NCBI GenBank assembly: GCA_023818655.1
Contig: JAMWCI010000003.1
Span: 1 to 42,620, forward strand
Length of the DNA: 42,620 nucleotides
Source of the DNA: Candidatus Omnitrophota bacterium
GTDB taxonomy: Bacteria > Omnitrophota > Gorgyraeia > Gygaellales > Profunditerraquicolaceae
Reading direction: 5' to 3'
The notes beneath the pieces are model-generated. The model was not told where the DNA came from. It saw nothing but the letters and a program-made list of their open reading frames with translations, and did no database searches. A program made the translations under genes and the position numbers. Positions 10,300 through 18,637 of this stretch are shown piece by piece (positions within the stretch are counted from its first letter, which is position 1; every line of letters begins with the position of its first letter).

Positions 10300-11550
10300 T
10301 TATTCTATCTCATTGGAATGTAATAGCTTATTATAAAGTATTCTCGGTAAATTAACCTTAATTTTTATACCTGTCTGGAGATATTTTATCTCTGTAACCC
10401 CGCCTTGGCGATAAAATAAATTTACGAGGTGCATCCTGGAGTGCGGAATTAATATTTCTTTTTCCACCATCTGTCCGGAGAAGTAAACCTGAATCTTTTC
10501 CAGTAATATATTCAAATTAGTTTTTAATTTTGCCGAAATAAGGGTCGCCCCGGGAAAATCTGTGCTTAGTTTATGCAACCAAAGTTTATCGCTGATGAGG
10601 TCTATTTTATTCAGCGCAGTGACAATATTTTTCTTATCTGCATCCAGCTCCTTTAGAACAACGTATACCGCGCGGGCATGTTCGTATACCCGCGGATGCG
10701 CGGCATCCAAGACATGGATTAATAATTCTGCCTCTCTCACCTCTTCCAACGTGGCTTTAAAGGCCTCTATAAGATGGTGCGGAAGGTTGTGCAGAAAACC
10801 TACTGTGTCGGAAATAATGATATTTTCTCCACCGGGCAACTTAAGACTTTTAAAAACCGGATCCAAGGTAGTGAAAAGGCCGTTATGCACAAACTGGCCG
10901 GCATCCGCCAAAGAATTCATCAACGTAGATTTTCCGGCATTGGTATAACCGACCAGCACCACCACGGGGATAGCGTTTTCTTTTCTTTTTTTACGCATGA
11001 TCAGACGATGACTAGCTATCTGCCTTAGTTCGTTTTTTAACTTGGCAATCCGTCTCCGAATGCGTCTGCGGTCAACTTCCAATTTCTGCTCGCCCGGACC
11101 CCTTGTGCCTATGCCGCCGCCTAAACGAGAAAGGATTATCCCCTTACCGACAAGTCTGGGTAGGAGGTACTCCAATTGCGCCAGCTCTACCTGCATTTTA
11201 CCTTCGGGGCTTTTTGCCCGGCGGCAAAAGATATCCAATATGAGCTGCGTGCGGTCAATAGTCTTTCTACCGATTACCTCTTCAAGGCTCCTCTGCTGTG
11301 TGCCGGAAAGGTCCTCGCTAAAAATGACAGTATCAATATTTTTTTCCTGGGAAAGAACGGCAATCTCCTCGACTTTGCCTCTGCCGATAAGGAAGTTCGG
11401 GGTAAACTTTTCGCAGAAACAGGTGAAGTTATCTACAACGGTTGCCCCGGCAGAAAGAGCCAACTCCTCCAACTCTCCGGCTATATCAGCTATATGCCAG
11501 TTATCCTTATCGGATTTCAGTTTTATAGATACTATCAATGCGCGTTCCAT
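10300..11550 (-). CDS. hflX: GTPase HflX
   Basis: 416 aa with an HflX N-domain, [15 protein letters not shown], and G-domain motifs [14 protein letters not shown] and NKID. Confidence 0.93.
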   Translation of the reverse strand: MERALIVSIKLKSDKDNWHIADIAGELEELALSAGATVVDNFTCFCEKFTPNFLIGRGKVEEIAVLSQEKNIDTVIFSEDLSGTQQRSLEEVIGRKTIDRTQLILDIFCRRAKSPEGKMQVELAQLEYLLPRLVGKGIILSRLGGGIGTRGPGEQKLEVDRRRIRRRIAKLKNELRQIASHRLIMRKKRKENAIPVVVLVGYTNAGKSTLMNSLADAGQFVHNGLFTTLDPVFKSLKLPGGENIIISDTVGFLHNLPHHLIEAFKATLEEVREAELLIHVLDAAHPRVYEHARAVYVVLKELDADKKNIVTALNKIDLISDKLWLHKLSTDFPGATLISAKLKTNLNILLEKIQVYFSGQMVEKEILIPHSRMHLVNLFYRQGGVTEIKYLQTGIKIKVNLPRILYNKLLHSNEIE

Positions 11551-11556
11551 CTTCTC

Positions 11557-12495
11557 TTAACTTGCTCTGATTTTCCGCAGTATCCTTTTAGCGATACTCT
11601 CCGCAGTTTCTTTATCTTTAATTTCTATCCACTCTATGCGTTTATCTTTTCTAAACCAGGTTAACTGTCTTTTTGCGTATAAGCGCGTGCTCCTCTTTAT
11701 TAGCTGTTTGGCTGTTTCTAAATCATAGCGGCCTGCCAGATAACCTTCTAATTCCCTTAGGCCTATAGCATAAGAAGCGGTTCTGCTCAAAGGCATACTT
11801 AAAAGCTTTCTTACTTCATCCAATACGCCATCTTTAAACATCTCCTCCACTCTCTGCTCAATCCTTTTGTGTAAAAGACTGCGTTTAAGATTAAGACAGA
11901 ATATTCGTATATCGTAATTATTGCTTAGGCCGCCGTATCTGACTCTCTGCCACTGTGAAATTGGTTTTCCTGTACTCTCAAATACCTCCAGCGCCCGGAT
12001 AATGCGTTTCGTATCGTGGGGATGAATCTTTTCCGCTGCGGTAGGGTCAACCTTTTTTAGTTTTTCATACAGGAATTCCGCGCCTGCCCCTTCTGCCTGC
12101 CGGTAAAGCCTGCGACGCAACATCTCGTTTCTCTTGGCCCCCCTGAATATCCCGTCAACAACTATGGATATATACAAGCCTGTTCCGCCGACAAAAAGCG
12201 GGGTCTTTCCTCTTTTAATAATATCTCTTACTTTTTTGTTTGCCTGTCGGCTATAGCGGAAAACGTCGTATTCCCTGCGTGGAGAAACAAAGGCTACCAG
12301 ATGATGCGGAACCTCCCTGAGCGCCTTCGGAGAAGGTTGGGCAGAAAGAATCGCCATTCCCTTATAAATCTGCATAGAATCGCAGGAGATTATCTCGGCA
12401 TTAAGTCTTCTAGATAAGACTATAGCCAGACGGCTTTTGCCGATGGCAGTAGGCCCGGTAATAAAAATAATCTTCTTTCTGGGGTTCAACTTCAC
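11557..12495 (-). CDS. miaA: tRNA dimethylallyltransferase
   Basis: P-loop GPTAIGKS, then DSMQIYKGM and GGTGLY, all typical MiaA motifs. Confidence 0.93.
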   Translation of the reverse strand: MKLNPRKKIIFITGPTAIGKSRLAIVLSRRLNAEIISCDSMQIYKGMAILSAQPSPKALREVPHHLVAFVSPRREYDVFRYSRQANKKVRDIIKRGKTPLFVGGTGLYISIVVDGIFRGAKRNEMLRRRLYRQAEGAGAEFLYEKLKKVDPTAAEKIHPHDTKRIIRALEVFESTGKPISQWQRVRYGGLSNNYDIRIFCLNLKRSLLHKRIEQRVEEMFKDGVLDEVRKLLSMPLSRTASYAIGLRELEGYLAGRYDLETAKQLIKRSTRLYAKRQLTWFRKDKRIEWIEIKDKETAESIAKRILRKIRAS

Positions 12496-13265
12496 GGACA
12501 GATTTTTGTGGGATAGCCCTGGCTAGACAATTTTTCTGCCATACGGGCAATCTCCTTGCGGTTAGTAGTGTTACCTACGAGGACGCGGTAATAGTCTTTA
12601 CCTGCGATAACTACTTCTTTGGTATACGCAGGATACCCCTTAGAAACCAACTCCCGCGCCAGGTTCTTGGCATTGACGGGATTAGCAAAACAGCCTACCT
12701 GCACAGTATAAAATAGTTGAGAACCGATGTTTTTGTCAATATAACATATGTCCTGACTGGTCAAGGCCTCTACTTCAGAGGGAAACTCGCTCTTTAGCTT
12801 CTCCCTGTAATCAATACCTTCTTGAGCATTGCCCGAATCAAAGGCGATTTTACTAAGTCGGTAATACAGCTGTGGTTTAAGTTTTGTCTGCGGGTTTGCC
12901 CGTAAAAGCTGAAGATAACAGGTTTTGGCTTTTTCAAGATTTCCTCTTAAAAGATACGTATCGCCTAAAGCCAGCTCCGCCTCCTCTTTAAATCTGCAGG
13001 GCTTGATTTCAGATAGCAATATCTCAAAAATATCAGAGGCGCGTAAATAATTTCCTATTTTCAGGTAACTTAAACCGAGCAAATAATACAATTCATCTGA
13101 GCCGGAAGAGTCCTTCGTTGCTGCCAATATTTTCTCCCCTTCTGATATAGCTGCATTGTAATCCCCATCAAGGAAATAAACCTTCATCGTATCTAAATTA
13201 TTCGCAGCATACGTATAGCTAAATAATATGATAAATAAGAAGATCCAAATTACTATCCGTTTCAT
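12492..13265 (-). CDS. TPR-repeat and SPOR-domain protein with signal peptide
   Basis: N-terminal hydrophobic leader, TPR-like repeats, and a C-terminal FYTVQVGCFANPVNAKNLARELVSKGYPAYTKEV...YYRVLVG that is SPOR-like. 4-nt overlaps with both neighbours. Confidence 0.7.
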   Translation of the reverse strand: MKRIVIWIFLFIILFSYTYAANNLDTMKVYFLDGDYNAAISEGEKILAATKDSSGSDELYYLLGLSYLKIGNYLRASDIFEILLSEIKPCRFKEEAELALGDTYLLRGNLEKAKTCYLQLLRANPQTKLKPQLYYRLSKIAFDSGNAQEGIDYREKLKSEFPSEVEALTSQDICYIDKNIGSQLFYTVQVGCFANPVNAKNLARELVSKGYPAYTKEVVIAGKDYYRVLVGNTTNRKEIARMAEKLSSQGYPTKICP

Positions 13266-14383
13266 CTTTTCTTCAGCGATATCCTTTTTTGCAGCTCCAA
13301 TATAAGGCTATGCCTTCTTTCTTTTTCTTTTTTATCCACATCATCCGATAAAGAGGCAGCCTGCGTATGCGGTCTGACAGAATATTTAAAGATATAGGCA
13401 GCGTCAAATCCTACGTTATTTACCAATTCATAGGTATCTTGGAAATCCTCCTTGGTTTCGGTGGGAAAACCAACAATGATATCCGTGGTTAATGTCCCGT
13501 TTTTTACTATTTTACGATAATTCTCCACCAAATCCAAATAAAATTCTCTGGTATAACCGCGGTTCATAAGTTTAAGTATCCTGTTTGAGCCGGATTGCAC
13601 AGGAAGGTGCAGATATTTTTTTAGTTTATCCGCATCATTCATCGCTTGGAATAATTTAGCAGTTGTGTCCTTCGGATGGGTAGTAATGAAACTGAACTCT
13701 TTCAGGCCATTAACGGAATTAACAAGCTTAAGAAGCTCAATGAAATTAACCTCTTTATAATTATACATATTGACGTTCTGGCCGAGAAGCGTAATCTTAG
13801 TTATCCCGGCGTCAATATCCTCCTTTATCTCAGCAAGGATATCTGAATAAGGTCTGGAGCGCAATCTCCCGCGCACATAAGGAACCACACAGTATGCGCA
13901 ATAGTTTTCGCAGCCCTCGGATACCACCACAAAGGCATGTTCCTTATCCAGATGGAATCCGGTGTGATAAATTTCATCCTCTCTGTGATCACTATCTGTC
14001 TCATAGATTTTCTTGGCTAAAAACGAGTCTTTATGTTTTTCTATCTCGGCGATTATTAAAGGAATCTTGGCGATGTCGGATGTCCCCACCACAAAATCTA
14101 CCTCTGGCGCCTTATCAAAGATTGCCTGTCGGTAGTTGGTTGCCATACATCCAACAATGCCAATAATCTTGGCCTTGACCCTGCCTATTGCTGACCAAAC
14201 CTTATCCTCTGCGTGCTGGCGTACGGAGCAGGTGTTAAAAATTACTATATCTGCCTTATCCTCATCATCGCTAATCTGATAACCCTGCCTCTCAAGAAGG
14301 CCGCAGATTACTTCCGAATCCCGCACATTCATCTGGCAGCCGAAGGTTTTCAGGAATACTTTTTTCTTATTGTCTCTCATCAC
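13262..14383 (-). CDS. miaB: MiaB-type radical SAM methylthiotransferase lacking a TRAM domain
   Basis: TFGCQMN N-terminal cluster motif and radical SAM CENYCAYC. The protein ends about where TRAM normally begins. Lies in a cluster with miaA. Confidence 0.85.
   Translation of the reverse strand: MMRDNKKKVFLKTFGCQMNVRDSEVICGLLERQGYQISDDEDKADIVIFNTCSVRQHAEDKVWSAIGRVKAKIIGIVGCMATNYRQAIFDKAPEVDFVVGTSDIAKIPLIIAEIEKHKDSFLAKKIYETDSDHREDEIYHTGFHLDKEHAFVVVSEGCENYCAYCVVPYVRGRLRSRPYSDILAEIKEDIDAGITKITLLGQNVNMYNYKEVNFIELLKLVNSVNGLKEFSFITTHPKDTTAKLFQAMNDADKLKKYLHLPVQSGSNRILKLMNRGYTREFYLDLVENYRKIVKNGTLTTDIIVGFPTETKEDFQDTYELVNNVGFDAAYIFKYSVRPHTQAASLSDDVDKKEKERRHSLILELQKRISLKKR
14330..14347. repeat. 18-bp direct repeat copy 1 (inside miaB codons for TFGCQM)
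   Basis: CATCTGGCAGCCGAAGGT is identical to 15143-15160. Confidence 0.9.
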
Positions 14384-14441
14384 GATAAGTTATAATTTTT
14401 ACATTACTGTCTAAAACTGGACAACTGTGCGTGAGTAGGGA

Positions 14442-14993
14442 CTAAAACTTCTTCCTAAAGTCGGCGCCGTATCGTTTAAGTTTTTTTGCATCTAATTCAA
14501 TAACCTTTTTAATCCAATTTCTTTTTATAAAGGGAATAACGCCCTGAATATAATCATAGGTTGGGATGTCGTGAATTCTAAAAACCGGCTGCCAATCTAT
14601 TTTTGAATCGGGTTTACGCTTAAACTCCATACAATACTCCAACAATATATTCCACCTATTATAAGAACTAAGCAAAATAACATCCTGTGGTATTTTAAGG
14701 ACAAGTGCTACTTTATTTTTTAAGCCATACTCATAAGAAGAATATAGTTGAGTAATTGCCATATAAAATGCTTTCTCTGAATACGATCTTTGAATCCACA
14801 CCCAAATTAAAGCGCTGCGCGGTTTGATCCCTTTCTTATGCTGATATTGCTCTTCCAGCCAGCGATAGGCGTACTTCCAGTTAACAGGAATATACTTCTT
14901 TGGACAAATCAGAAATTCACCCTTTTGGTTCAAGAAACTTTTATCCTGGAGTGTCCAAATAAAACTCTCTTCTCTCTGCCCACCTATTTTCAT
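14442..14993 (-). CDS. hypothetical protein, DUF3841-like
   Basis: The pattern IWTLQ...KGEFLI....YAYRWLEEQYQHK...ALIWVW resembles my recollection of DUF3841 proteins. I prefer the ATG at 14993 (AAGAGGGG upstream) over the GTG at 15014. Confidence 0.45.
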   Translation of the reverse strand: MKIGGQREESFIWTLQDKSFLNQKGEFLICPKKYIPVNWKYAYRWLEEQYQHKKGIKPRSALIWVWIQRSYSEKAFYMAITQLYSSYEYGLKNKVALVLKIPQDVILLSSYNRWNILLEYCMEFKRKPDSKIDWQPVFRIHDIPTYDYIQGVIPFIKRNWIKKVIELDAKKLKRYGADFRKKF

Positions 14994-15142
14994 CTGGCTA
15001 CCCCTCTTAGACACGGTGCATTATTTTTCCACTTACGCACGGTTCCATAAAATAATTTCCCGTAACCATATGTCAGACAATTCATTAACTCTTGCTATAC
15101 ACACCTTCTAAAAAATGTACAATTGACATGTAAGAACGACAC

Positions 15143-15184
15143 CATCTGGCAGCCGAAGGTCCGGATTAAAACTTTTTTATTCAT
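15143..15184 (-). pseudogene. orphan 5' relic of a methylthiotransferase gene (14 codons) containing 18-bp direct repeat copy 2
   Basis: ATGAATAAAAAAGTTTTAATCCGGACCTTCGGCTGCCAGATG translates to MNKKVLIRTFGCQM. Homology stops abruptly after the Met. The last 18 nt are identical to 14330-14347. Confidence 0.65.
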
Positions 15185-15190
15185 ATTTAT

Positions 15191-15394
15191 TTAGCCACAA
15201 TTAATGAGTTCGTTCAAGGCAAAACACTCGGCAGAATAGCCGCTAATGCCGTAGTCTTGATAAACCTTGAATACCTCAAGACCTTCACGCTTAGCAAAAG
15301 ATTCAAGATATTCTCGCTGTACCTCAAGAGAATATCCCTCTTTAGCTTGCTCCTCTTAATCTATTTGACAAACAGCGAAGCTGCCGAAAAACAT
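15191..15394 (-). pseudogene. decayed N-terminal relic of a serine recombinase/resolvase
   Basis: My translation is MFFGSFAVCQID*EEQAKEGYSLEVQREYLESFAKREGLEVFKVYQDYGISGYSAECFALNELINCG*. It matches the (RVST)EEQ..G.SL.aQ......a...g......D.G.SG pattern. There is a stop where the catalytic Ser region should be, and it is truncated after about 67 codons. Confidence 0.6.
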
Positions 15395-15407
15395 CAAAAT
15401 CGCCCAC

Positions 15408-15763
15408 AAAAAAGTTTTTTCTTTTGAATTCTTTGCCCCCTTTAATTTTTTGTATTTAGAGGAAAAACAAAAATGCCAAACCAAGAAGCTAAAAAGAGTT
15501 ACAAATTTTTTGCCCCCAAAGTCTTTATCCGGACTTTCGGCTGACCTTATGCTTCGACTTTACAATACGCTTTATTCGTTCTTTAAAATTCAATGAACTT
15601 TAGGCGTCGCGCCTGGGCCGGCGCTCCCGTATCTCGTATGCTGCCGTTCGCCCGACATAGGTCTGGCGGGCCACTTGGCGTCCTCTTCCTCGCAAAAATC
15701 CTAAATAAAAATTCCTTTTTTATTGCGGCGGCGGCCAAAAATTTTTAAAAGGTGTTTGATTTC
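15408..15763. repeat. long imperfect inverted repeat, left copy (IR-L)
   Basis: The reverse complement aligns with 19004-19461 (blocks roughly 80-90 percent identical by eye), minus a ~105-nt insertion present only in the right copy. The inner end abuts the stop codon of the 15763-16185 gene. Confidence 0.85.
15473..15544 (+). pseudogene. methylthiotransferase 5' relic embedded in IR-L
   Basis: GAGGAAAAACAAAA precedes an ATG and the peptide MPNQEAKKSYKFFAPKVFIRTFG*. AAAGTCTTTATCCGGACTTTCGGCTG matches the 15143-15184 relic at 23 of 26 nt. Confidence 0.55.
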
Positions 15764-16185
15764 TATTGAATCTTCTTTAAATCCCGCCAATGATATTGCT
15801 TCACTTTACCTTTTCCATCAACAGAAAATATGTACAATAATAGTTTATTTGCAACTTGCCAAGGAATGCGCCTAACGGCTATTTTTGCAACTGAAGCAGG
15901 AAGACCTAGACCATAATAATAACGTGCCGCACCTGCTTTCATCCGGGTTATAACTTGACCCAGGGAATAAACAAATGCTACTTCTCTGGCAGATTCAGCA
16001 GACTTGCTTGATGATTCTCCTTTTGTTTCAATAAAAAAGTAGCGAGCATATTTATTATGGCGGACCTTTATATCTACCCCATGCTCCGCTGTTTCCTTTT
16101 CGCGTAATCCTCTATCCCATCCCTTTCTTGCTAAAAAATTTATTACTGAACGTCTAACAAACCTTTCTGTGATAATTCTTGGCAT
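15763..16185 (-). CDS. small PD-(D/E)xK-type nuclease-fold protein, candidate restriction endonuclease
   Basis: 140 aa. HGVDIKV (D38) followed 15 residues later by FFIETKG (E53, K55) gives a D-x14-E-x-K motif. It is the last gene of the methyltransferase operon. Confidence 0.5.
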   Translation of the reverse strand: MPRIITERFVRRSVINFLARKGWDRGLREKETAEHGVDIKVRHNKYARYFFIETKGESSSKSAESAREVAFVYSLGQVITRMKAGAARYYYGLGLPASVAKIAVRRIPWQVANKLLLYIFSVDGKGKVKQYHWRDLKKIQ

Positions 16186-16202
16186 ATTTTATCCTTCGGT
16201 AT

Positions 16203-16952
16203 TTATTGCTTTTCAAACACAAATAAATGTTCATGCATTATGAGTAAAAAATTATATTCTTTCGACTTTTCGGCCCAATAAGAAGTAGTTTCACAATTCC
16301 ATTGTTGCTTGATTATATCTTCCTTGAGCTTAAATCCCACATCCAGAAAAAGCTGCATTACTCTATAAGATATAGGTGTAAAGTATGTCTTCCTCCTTGT
16401 GTCACCAATTAGTATTCCACAATATTTCTTGGGTTTTAAAACTCTGAAGCACTCTAAGGCGACCTTTTTCATTTCCTTACAGAACTTATCAATATCATGG
16501 ATATTAGATAAATCCTCATCAATTTTTCCGTCACTATATTTGATAATATCTACGTATGGCGGATGGGTTGCAATTAAATCAACTGAATTATCTTTTACAT
16601 CTTTAAGATTTCTGGCATCTCCCACTTTTACAGAAATCTCAGTTTTAGGAACATCTGTATCTGCATCAAATTTAAGATTGTTCTTTGTTATTTCTACCAT
16701 CTTTGGATTTATGTCAAACCCGATTGCATTTCTTCCGGTAAGCTTACACTCAATCAAAGTGGTACCACATCCACACATCTGATCTAAAACTAAATCTTTT
16801 GGTTTGGAGTAGCGAATGATAAGATTACGGGGAATCTGAGGAGCCCAATTGCCTCTAAAGTTCGGTTGGTGAATGGCCCATTTGCCTCTTTCAGGAAAAG
16901 ACCATACTGTTGTTGTTTCTAATTTAAAATCTTTGTGGTGAACATCATTCAT
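16203..16952 (-). CDS. DNA N4/N6 amino-methyltransferase (xPPY type)
   Basis: 249 aa with WSFP..G..HQPNF.G.WAPQIPRNLIIRYSKPKDLVLDQMCGCGTT (SAM-binding block), then DLIATHPPY (catalytic), then RVLKPKKYCGILIG. Confidence 0.85.
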   Translation of the reverse strand: MNDVHHKDFKLETTTVWSFPERGKWAIHQPNFRGNWAPQIPRNLIIRYSKPKDLVLDQMCGCGTTLIECKLTGRNAIGFDINPKMVEITKNNLKFDADTDVPKTEISVKVGDARNLKDVKDNSVDLIATHPPYVDIIKYSDGKIDEDLSNIHDIDKFCKEMKKVALECFRVLKPKKYCGILIGDTRRKTYFTPISYRVMQLFLDVGFKLKEDIIKQQWNCETTSYWAEKSKEYNFLLIMHEHLFVFEKQ

Positions 16953-16974
16953 ATTTATAATACTATTTGACTTA

Positions 16975-17541
16975 CTATCTTCTGGCTCTACCAGCTGCTA
17001 AGGTTGCTGTAGAAAGAACACGAAATAAATCGTCCCCTCTCTTTAAGCCATCTAATACTCTCTTAAACATATATGCATCTGCTCGATTCGTCTTTTCCTG
17101 TAACATCAATAATTTTGCTAAGAGAATCAGAAATTTTATACTATATTCGCCTTTGTTGCTTAACTCTTTAAACTTATCTATTTCCTTCGCGCTAATATTG
17201 AGTAGCGTTTTCAAATCTAAAGATTGCCTTTCTTGTTCGCTCTTGAGTGGCACGGTTTTGTTCCAAATATCAATAAAGAAATCTAAGAATTCTTGTGTTA
17301 AGTCTCTGTATGATTGCATTTTCATTAAAATATCAACGGTCCAGTGGATATGCTTTGGGGTTCTAATATTCGACCATTTTTCATTCTTCAATTTTTGCCT
17401 ATATTTAATTAGTATATCAAATGGGCTTAGCGAACCTTTATAAATAGCTATTATCGTGCTTTCATTAATCTGAAACGCTTTGATAGGAACGTGCTCAACG
17501 CCTTTTTTCCTAAAATTCATTTTTGGTAACTCTATCGCCAT
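16975..17541 (-). CDS. hypothetical protein between the two methyltransferase genes (candidate restriction or specificity partner)
   Basis: 188 aa from the ATG at 17541, preceded by GGGAGGG; the track TTG at 17559 is probably spurious. I recognised no family and no clear nuclease motif. Confidence 0.5.
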   Translation of the reverse strand: MAIELPKMNFRKKGVEHVPIKAFQINESTIIAIYKGSLSPFDILIKYRQKLKNEKWSNIRTPKHIHWTVDILMKMQSYRDLTQEFLDFFIDIWNKTVPLKSEQERQSLDLKTLLNISAKEIDKFKELSNKGEYSIKFLILLAKLLMLQEKTNRADAYMFKRVLDGLKRGDDLFRVLSTATLAAGRARR

Positions 17542-17555
17542 GGTACCCTCCCTAA

Positions 17556-18590
17556 TCAATAATTTAATATTACTAACTCATTAATCTCTCCCCTACCCGA
17601 AGCCTTACAATTAATTGCTCTTTTAGCTTGCACAATCGCAATCCTAAATCCTTTGTAAAGTTTCCGAATTAAAGGTGTATCAGAATTACTCAACATAACT
17701 TTACACCCTCTTTTGTCCAATTCTCTGAAGACCTGACAAAGCTTTCTTTGTTCCTCTTCTCTAAAAGGATTCTTTGTATAACTGGTAAAACTAGATGTTT
17801 TGTTTAAAGGCTGATATGGCGGGTCAAAATAGATAAAATCTTCTTTTTTGGCGAGTTTCAGACATCTATCAAAATCGTCGCATAAGATTTCAACATTCTG
17901 CAAAGCAGAACTTACTGCAATTAGGTTTCTAGAATTGCAAATCAAAGGATTTTTATAGCCACCAAAAGGAACATTGAATTTACCCTTACTGTTCACCCGG
18001 TACAATCCATTAAAACATGTCTTATTTAAATATATGGTCCTCGCAGCCCTTTCAAACTTATCTTTAGGTTCTTCAGCGCGGATTTTATAAAATGTCTCTT
18101 CTGTGTTAATAAATTTAGGGCTACTTAGAATTTTTATCAGCTTTTCTACGTCTTCCTTGATAACTAAATAACAATTAATGAGCTCTTCATTGGAATCAAT
18201 CAGAAATATTTTCTTTTTGCCTTGTAATCTTCCGCTATTAAAGAGATGGAAGAACACAGCGCCACCGCCAACAAAAGGCTCAAGAAAATTATTAAATTCC
18301 TTTGGGAAAAATGTTCCGTATTGTCTTAAAAGTTGGCCTTTGCCACCCGCCCACTTTAAAAAAGGTTCTGCGCGAGTAGGAATCCGCAAAGCAGCGCTTT
18401 CCTGCGCAGTAATAACAATTGAACTCATCTCATTTGCTTCAAGCCAGGCATCAACCTTTTCAAGCCGAAAACGCCACTGGTTCTCAATTCTTGAAACCGG
18501 AATTTTCCCTTGCTGAGCAAGTTTATAAACTTTCTCTTTGCTCATCTGGAGATATTCGGCAACATCTTTAATGGTTAGCAGCTTATCCAT
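17556..18590 (-). CDS. Dam-class DNA adenine methyltransferase with N-terminal excisionase/MerR-type HTH
   Basis: N-terminus is MDKLLTIKDVAEYLQMSKEKVYKLAQQGKIPVSRIENQWRF (HTH). This is followed by KWAGGK, EPFVGGGAVFF (motif I) and IYFDPPY (motif IV). The track starts at the TTG at 18608. Confidence 0.85.
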   Translation of the reverse strand: MDKLLTIKDVAEYLQMSKEKVYKLAQQGKIPVSRIENQWRFRLEKVDAWLEANEMSSIVITAQESAALRIPTRAEPFLKWAGGKGQLLRQYGTFFPKEFNNFLEPFVGGGAVFFHLFNSGRLQGKKKIFLIDSNEELINCYLVIKEDVEKLIKILSSPKFINTEETFYKIRAEEPKDKFERAARTIYLNKTCFNGLYRVNSKGKFNVPFGGYKNPLICNSRNLIAVSSALQNVEILCDDFDRCLKLAKKEDFIYFDPPYQPLNKTSSFTSYTKNPFREEEQRKLCQVFRELDKRGCKVMLSNSDTPLIRKLYKGFRIAIVQAKRAINCKASGRGEINELVILNY

Positions 18591-18612
18591 TTTGTAGCCT
18601 TTATACAAAAAA

Positions 18613-18637
18613 TACTAAAGAATACTATTATTTACTA
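18613..18637 (-). promoter_or_regulatory. three 10-bp-phased TAGTA repeats in the methyltransferase 5' leader (possible operator)
   Basis: Plus-strand tacta occurs at 18613-18617, 18623-18627 and 18633-18637 with exact 10-bp spacing, between the predicted -10 and the start codon. Confidence 0.3.

Noticed and set aside
11550-11557. hfq is absent between miaA and hflX, where it sits in the proteobacterial miaA-hfq-hflX arrangement.
   Set aside because: Only 6 nt separate the two genes, so nothing is hidden there. Absence of hfq at this position is common outside Proteobacteria and is not informative.
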